24,000 bases of DNA from Gayadomonas joobiniege G7 (GTDB taxonomy: Bacteria > Pseudomonadota > Gammaproteobacteria > Enterobacterales > Alteromonadaceae): positions 1,050,323 to 1,074,322 of the forward strand of contig NZ_AMRX01000006.1 of NCBI RefSeq assembly GCF_000300815.1, given 5' to 3'. Position 1 is the stretch's first letter, and each line of letters starts with the position of its first letter. This document shows positions 18,551 through 24,000 of this stretch, one piece after another. The notes below the pieces were generated by a model. That model made no database searches. It was given only the letters and a program-made list of their open reading frames with translations, and had not been told where the DNA came from. A program made the position numbers and the translations under genes.

Positions 18551-19222
18551 GTGACGACAAAAACAACGACCATATTATTTGATTTAGACGGCACTTTAGT
18601 CGACAGCGCCCCTGATTTAGCAAACTCGGTGAATGCAACCTTAATTCAGCTCGGACGTGAGCCCTTCACCACTTCAAAGATCAGAAACTGGGTTGGCAAT
18701 GGGGCTAAAGTCTTAATAGAACGAGCGTTAAGTGGCCAAAAAACGATTTCAACTACGCTCGATCCACAACTTGCAGACAAAGCATTAAAACTTTTTTTAC
18801 ACCATTATAGTGAACATTTAGCTGTTGATTCAGCGCTCTACCCTGGCGTAGCAGAAACGCTGTCTGCGCTCAAAAATAAAGGTTATAAACTGGCTTTAGT
18901 CACCAATAAGCCTTCTGCATTTATCTCACCGCTACTTAAAGGGTTGGCGATTGATGATTACTTTTTAGCAAACATAGGGGGCGATACGCTGCCGCAAAAA
19001 AAACCAGCACCCGAACCCTTATTACATGCCGCCGACTTATTAAAACAAGCGCCCCAAAACTGTGTAATGGTGGGGGATTCTAAAAACGATATCCTTGCCG
19101 GTAAAGCCGCTGGAATGCTAACGGTCGCCGTTACCTATGGTTACAATTATGGGGAGGATATTAGCTTACAGCAACCGGATTTTTGTTTTGATCATTTTGC
19201 GCAAATAAACCAAGTCTTTTAA
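18551..19222 (+). CDS. gph: Phosphoglycolate phosphatase (HAD superfamily)
   Basis: 223-aa ORF. HAD motif I ILFDLDGTLVDS, motif II LVTNKP, motif III/IV KKPAPEPL...VMVGDSKNDILAGKAAGM. VGNGAKVLIERAL is typical of Gph. The only in-frame canonical start is a GTG at 18551, preceded by a T7 run and no SD. Confidence 0.85.
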   Translation: MTTKTTTILFDLDGTLVDSAPDLANSVNATLIQLGREPFTTSKIRNWVGNGAKVLIERALSGQKTISTTLDPQLADKALKLFLHHYSEHLAVDSALYPGVAETLSALKNKGYKLALVTNKPSAFISPLLKGLAIDDYFLANIGGDTLPQKKPAPEPLLHAADLLKQAPQNCVMVGDSKNDILAGKAAGMLTVAVTYGYNYGEDISLQQPDFCFDHFAQINQVF

Positions 19223-19226
19223 TTGA

Positions 19227-20678
19227 TTAAATTTCTCTCGCTAGCGCAGGTGGATAGCCACGGGATTTGGCGATTTCCTGCGCTTTTTCACTCAGCGCTT
19301 GCGCAGAACATTGGGTCGGTTTATAAAAATCGCCCTCATGCGGGATAAATTTTGTCTGACAATGTTTTTTTAAGGCATTTATAATGCAACGACTTGCCGC
19401 TAATACTGACGAGGCTTTAACAATTTCGGCTCTGGCATAGGTACTTTTATAAAATGAAACATCTGCCGTTCTAAGATCCGGATTATCACCCGGAATTTGC
19501 TGCGCTCCATATAGAGGTTTTGCCGCGACCTTGGCAGATTCAAAAGCAGGAATATATTGGCTAATATGTTTTATATTACTTAATGTCCTCGCTTGCACAA
19601 CTTCTAAAGGCCAACCTTTATCAAGTTTATTCTGAAAAGGCGCTGCCAGTTTCGGCTGTGCGCTATCGGCCGTGCTACGTGCCAGCCCATTTGAAAATAG
19701 TGTAATTTCCTGTGTCATTCCATGCAATTGAAAATAGTTGTCAGGATAAGGCGTCAATTGCGCCATGCCATGTGGGGTACCTCTTTTGCCGTGAAATAAT
19801 ACTTCAGGCCATTGGCCTTTTTTTGCTGGCCAATGAGCGACATAAGCCGCTTTAAACTCCAACATGCGTTCACGCGATACAGCTAACATATCATCCAGCT
19901 GCCCACTTTGGTAACCGCATGCATTGACGACAAAATCACAGTTTAGCTGTTTAGATTTATGCTGCTCACTGTCACACATATTGATTTGCCAGCCGTTTTT
20001 TTGCTCTTGTATATCCGTAACTTGATGATTTAAGTATAAATTACAGTTGCTAGCTGCGTTCAGTGTCAATTCAGCTAACGCAGAAAAACGGAAACCACTT
20101 AAACCGTATTCTTGCACTAAAATAAGTGGATACTTAAGCTTATCTAAATCCAAAGTTTTAGCGACTGGAATCAACCAGTCGGATAATTGCCGAATGCTTG
20201 CTGGGATCTTTTGTTGAGCCAAAGCGTCTAGTTGTGCTCGATCAAATTCTATAAAATACTCACCTGCATCACCCAACACCTTGTTTCTGTGATCTTTTTT
20301 AATTAAATCTTGATAAGCTGCCGAAAGTTTTTTAAATCTGGGCAGCAAATCCAAAGGTTCACTTTCATCTTTAGTTGGCACTGCAATCACAGTTGGTCGC
20401 AAGTTCACACATTGAGGGAATACCTTTAATATATCAATAGATTGCTCTAACAAGGTTAAACAGTTTTCGTCCGACAATTCGCGATAAAAACTACCTCCTG
20501 CATGTAAATGACATATCGGCGGCCCATTAACTAACCCATTGCCTTTTTCAATTAAGTTAACCTGGTAACCTGCTTCAACTAACTTTAATGCGATAACTGA
20601 ACCCGCCAACCCGCCGCCAATAACAGCGACAACCGGCACATCAGATGCCTGATGTTGAGAATTTTGCTCTATTTTCAA
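19227..20678 (-). CDS. FAD-dependent oxidoreductase (DAO/GR2-type Rossmann N-terminus), substrate unknown
   Basis: 483-aa ORF. Dinucleotide-binding VVAVIGGGLAGSVIALKLVEAGYQVNLIEKG. The track start is a TTG at 20678. An in-frame GTG 13 codons downstream would give the classic MPVVAVIGGG N-terminus. I cannot place it in a specific enzyme family. Confidence 0.8.
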   Translation of the reverse strand: MKIEQNSQHQASDVPVVAVIGGGLAGSVIALKLVEAGYQVNLIEKGNGLVNGPPICHLHAGGSFYRELSDENCLTLLEQSIDILKVFPQCVNLRPTVIAVPTKDESEPLDLLPRFKKLSAAYQDLIKKDHRNKVLGDAGEYFIEFDRAQLDALAQQKIPASIRQLSDWLIPVAKTLDLDKLKYPLILVQEYGLSGFRFSALAELTLNAASNCNLYLNHQVTDIQEQKNGWQINMCDSEQHKSKQLNCDFVVNACGYQSGQLDDMLAVSRERMLEFKAAYVAHWPAKKGQWPEVLFHGKRGTPHGMAQLTPYPDNYFQLHGMTQEITLFSNGLARSTADSAQPKLAAPFQNKLDKGWPLEVVQARTLSNIKHISQYIPAFESAKVAAKPLYGAQQIPGDNPDLRTADVSFYKSTYARAEIVKASSVLAASRCIINALKKHCQTKFIPHEGDFYKPTQCSAQALSEKAQEIAKSRGYPPALAREI

Positions 20679-20885
20679 ACACGCTTACCCTGTTTTTATA
20701 TTTACTAAAATAACCTGCTCACTTTACTCAAGTTTTTACGCTTTTGCACGTGTATTAGATCTTACTGGCTGCTGTATCAGTAATAAATAAAGTGAGCTAA
20801 CGTAACAAAACCCCTTAATGTAATTGAATAATTTAAAAGACCTGTTTAAAGTGTTAAAAACAGTGTAAAACTTAGGCTTATAAAA

Positions 20886-22973
20886 TTGATAGATGCCCAT
20901 TTTTTAATACTTGCAGTTGATGATGAAACGGTTGCATTGAATATAATAAATGACATTGTGAGCGAAATCTGCCCAGTCATTTGTTGCTCTGATCCTTTCG
21001 AAGTTCAATCACTCGCTCTTGCAAAATTGCCAGAGTTAATTTTGTTAGATTTTGAAATGACCGGAAAAAATGGCATTCAGGTTTGTAACGAGTTAAAAGC
21101 GGATCCTATCACTAAGGATATTCCGGTGATTTTTGTCACCTCTCATGAGTCAAAATCGTCTGAAATTGCAGCTTTAGAAGCAGGTGCTATTGATTTTATT
21201 CATAAACCAATTGACCGCCATACCTGCCAAATACGCATTCGCAACCATTTAAGCCTATTAAAAACTAAACAAGCGTTAGTTAAAAGCCAGCAGACTCTAG
21301 TCCAGCAAAAACAAAAACTCAATATTACCTTAAACTCAATTGGTGATGCAGTAATTTCAACCGATGCCGAAGGTTTGGTCACTTTTATGAATCCTGTTGC
21401 TGAGAATATGACAGGCTGGCATCAAAAAGACGCGTTGGGACAACCAATAGAAAAAATTATGGTTTTACGCCACGCAGATACCCAAAAACCTATGGATAAC
21501 CCTGTTTTTAATGCCATGCGAGAAAAACGTCGGGTAGCGATGGCGTTAAATGCCCAACTGCAAAGCAAAGACGGCAATGTATTCAGAATTGAAGATTCTG
21601 CATCCCCAATCATCTTGAACAATGCCTTGATTGGTGCCGTAGTCGTATTTCATGATGTCAGTGAAGCCATTGCCATGGCGGTTAAAATGAATCACATTGC
21701 AAATCATGATCCCTTGACCGATTTACCAAACAGAATTTTATTACACGACCGCATTGGTCAGGGTATCTATACAACAGCACAAAATAATCAAATCATGGCA
21801 CTCATGCTGGTTGATATCGATCATTTTTTATATGTGAACGATTCTGCGGGCCATATTGTGGGCGATCTTATCATCAAAAAAATAGCGGATCGTTTAAAAA
21901 CTTTTGCCGCGTCCCCTGCCACTGTTTCGCGTATTGGTGGTGACGAATTTGTTCTAGTTCTGCCAAACTTGTGCGAGTTAACACAAGCAGAACAAGTGGC
22001 GAACCAGATCGCAACGTCTTTTCAAACTCCTTTTGTGATTTATGAGCAAGAATATAAACTAACGGTGAGCATTGGTATAAGCTTGTACCCAGATGATGCG
22101 AATGATGAAGAAACCTTAATGCGCCATGCTGACGTTGCGATGTTTAGAGCAAAAGAGCAAGGCCGCAATCAGCATTGTTATTTTTCAAAAGAATTAGAAC
22201 GTAAACTTGTTGACCGTCACAGCGTTGAGAGTGTGCTACGCAACGCACTCAGTCATCAATCTCTTGAATTGTATTTTCAACCTCAAATTAATCTAAAAAC
22301 AGGCGAGCAAGTCGGCGCAGAGGCATTAGTCAGGTTAAAACACGGCGAAAATTTTATCTCTCCGTTAAGTTTTATTTCGTTAGCTGAAGAAAATGGCATG
22401 ATACATGAACTTGGCCGACAAGTTTTAAAACAAAGTTGCCAAATGATCAAATACCTTGAAGATAAAGGCACACCACTTAAAATATCAGTTAATATTGCTG
22501 CCCGTCAATTCAATCAAGCAGACTTTTATACCGAGACCCTAAAGATAATCAAAGACAGTCAGATAACTGCTTGTTATTTAGAGCTTGAATTAACCGAAAG
22601 TGCGTTAATGCATGATTTTGAAGAAACCCGCAAGCTGTTGCAAAAATTTCGCGAATTGGGCATCTCTATTGCAATTGACGACTTTGGCACCGGTTATTCA
22701 AGTTTATCCTATCTAAAATTTTTTAATGTCAATATCTTAAAAATTGACCAGTCTTTTGTTTTTGACATGTTAGACGACCAGCAAAGTTTAAACATTGTGA
22801 AAGCGATTATTAGCATGGCTAATGCAATGGATTTAGAAATAGTCGCAGAAGGCATAGAGAGCCAAAAACACGCGGAAAAACTGATCGATCTTGGCTGCTC
22901 AATTGGCCAAGGCTACCACTACGCCAAGCCGCTGCCAATTGAACAGTTTATAAAGCAGGTACCACAACATTGA
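20886..22973 (+). CDS. Response regulator with REC-PAS-GGDEF-EAL architecture (c-di-GMP turnover)
   Basis: 695-aa ORF. REC: AVDDE, LILLDFEMTG, VIFVTSH, HKP. PAS: ITLNSIGDAVISTDAEGLVTFMNPVAENMTGW. GGDEF: intact RIGGDEF, and the residues where an RxxD I-site would sit read ASPA. EAL: EALVRL, ELELTES, DDFGTGYSSLSYLK, KIDQSF, EGIES, QGY. The start is inferred as TTG because no in-frame ATG precedes the REC domain. Confidence 0.9.
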   Translation: MIDAHFLILAVDDETVALNIINDIVSEICPVICCSDPFEVQSLALAKLPELILLDFEMTGKNGIQVCNELKADPITKDIPVIFVTSHESKSSEIAALEAGAIDFIHKPIDRHTCQIRIRNHLSLLKTKQALVKSQQTLVQQKQKLNITLNSIGDAVISTDAEGLVTFMNPVAENMTGWHQKDALGQPIEKIMVLRHADTQKPMDNPVFNAMREKRRVAMALNAQLQSKDGNVFRIEDSASPIILNNALIGAVVVFHDVSEAIAMAVKMNHIANHDPLTDLPNRILLHDRIGQGIYTTAQNNQIMALMLVDIDHFLYVNDSAGHIVGDLIIKKIADRLKTFAASPATVSRIGGDEFVLVLPNLCELTQAEQVANQIATSFQTPFVIYEQEYKLTVSIGISLYPDDANDEETLMRHADVAMFRAKEQGRNQHCYFSKELERKLVDRHSVESVLRNALSHQSLELYFQPQINLKTGEQVGAEALVRLKHGENFISPLSFISLAEENGMIHELGRQVLKQSCQMIKYLEDKGTPLKISVNIAARQFNQADFYTETLKIIKDSQITACYLELELTESALMHDFEETRKLLQKFRELGISIAIDDFGTGYSSLSYLKFFNVNILKIDQSFVFDMLDDQQSLNIVKAIISMANAMDLEIVAEGIESQKHAEKLIDLGCSIGQGYHYAKPLPIEQFIKQVPQH

Positions 22974-22974
22974 G

Positions 22975-23898
22975 CTAGTTCAGCTGCAACCATTTAGTTA
23001 AACTATCAAACCAATCGAACGGGTGTTGCATTGAAAAACCATGGCCACCCGTTGGTAAAATAAGCAATTGAACATCAACGCCTTTTTGTTTTAACGCATG
23101 GTAATAAACCAGACTGTTTTCCACTGGTACCGCTTTGTCATCGGTTGCGTGCACGATAAACGCTGGCGGCGTTTTTTCACTCACATTTTTTTCAGCAGAA
23201 AAATACTCCACATCTTCTGGATACAAGTGTGGGCCGATTAAATTATTACGTGACCCTTGGTGAGTAATTTCACTGTGCATGCTAATCACTGGATAAATCA
23301 AAATTTGAAAATCGGCTTTAATCTCACTTGATTTGGTGTTTATCAATACAGGATCACTTGCGTGTACCGCCGCAGTGGCAGCTAAATGACCACCAGCCGA
23401 AAAGCCCATAATACCGACCCGCTCCACTTTTAAATCTTGTTTGTTTTGATGAACCCAAGCTAAAGCCGTTTGAGCATCTTGTAATGGGCCAAAACGTTTA
23501 TCCTGCATAGTTTCCGCTTGTGGCATTCGATATTTTAATACAACGGATGTGTAACCATGCTGCGCGAGCCTTTGAGCGACCTTGCTTCCTTCATGCACAA
23601 TAGAAACCCCTGAATACCCGCCACCCGGACAAATAACAATCGCTGTTTTTTTGTTTTCGCCCTGCGCTGGATATATCGTTAGCTCGGGTTTCACCACACC
23701 TTTGATAAAGGTATTTTCGGCTTTAGGATCTCTAATACTTTCGAGCCCGCCGGGTAGCGCACCTGGGATATCGGTACGGTATAAATCTATGCGCCTCGTT
23801 TGGTCTGATACTTGATGTGATGATTGTTTATTTGCACAGGCGGCCAATACACTGACAACCAATAAACTTGTAACACTGTTGATAAACCCTCTGCTCAC
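22975..23898 (-). CDS. Lipoprotein alpha/beta-hydrolase esterase (acetyl/feruloyl-esterase-like, BD-FAE/hormone-sensitive-lipase-like fold)
   Basis: 307-aa ORF with a GTG start and GGAG 6 nt upstream. Lipobox LAAC (Cys21, +2 Ala). Oxyanion-hole CPGGGYSG, nucleophile elbow GFSAGGHLA, and candidate Asp and His in HATDDKAVP and TGGHGF. Confidence 0.85.
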   Translation of the reverse strand: MSRGFINSVTSLLVVSVLAACANKQSSHQVSDQTRRIDLYRTDIPGALPGGLESIRDPKAENTFIKGVVKPELTIYPAQGENKKTAIVICPGGGYSGVSIVHEGSKVAQRLAQHGYTSVVLKYRMPQAETMQDKRFGPLQDAQTALAWVHQNKQDLKVERVGIMGFSAGGHLAATAAVHASDPVLINTKSSEIKADFQILIYPVISMHSEITHQGSRNNLIGPHLYPEDVEYFSAEKNVSEKTPPAFIVHATDDKAVPVENSLVYYHALKQKGVDVQLLILPTGGHGFSMQHPFDWFDSLTKWLQLN

Positions 23899-24000
23899 GT
23901 TTAGCTCCGTTAAATAACTCGAAAAACCCTACTATAAAACGCTCGCACTAAGATTACATCAAATTTGCGAAAACCAATCTTTTATATGATCAACCGCAGC

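Overview
This looks like a chromosomal segment from an AT-rich, marine-type gammaproteobacterium. That origin is inferred from the protein families and lipoprotein signals (Alteromonadales/Colwellia-like style) and cannot be proven without a database search. I can support 18 protein-coding genes, one of them truncated at the left edge and absent from the ORF track, plus four Rho-independent terminator hairpins and a few short repeats. I found no rRNA, tRNA, CRISPR array, IS element, integrase, transposase, phage gene or recognisable defence or toxin module. Well-recognised genes are thiopurine S-methyltransferase (tpm), a BCCT osmolyte transporter, a GH2 glycosidase, maltose/galactoside O-acetyltransferase (maa), a signal-peptide-bearing catalase-peroxidase (katG), a DeoR regulator, phosphoglycolate phosphatase (gph), a REC-PAS-GGDEF-EAL response regulator and an alpha/beta-hydrolase esterase. 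The least ordinary content is a loose, lipoprotein-rich set of glycan-related genes in the first ~14 kb. It comprises a Reg_prop beta-propeller sensor fragment, an 848-aa cadherin-like plus beta-helix lipoprotein, a 1036-aa seven-blade FG-GAP/ASPIC/Big_2 lipoprotein, a secreted GH2, a stand-alone CBM-like lipoprotein and Maa. A lipoprotein esterase lies further right, outside that region at 22975-23898. These genes sit among housekeeping-type genes, and the window holds no TonB-dependent receptor or sugar catabolic genes. I do not see convincing evidence of a discrete, previously undescribed multi-gene system. The findings below are candidates for follow-up, and most carry modest interest scores.
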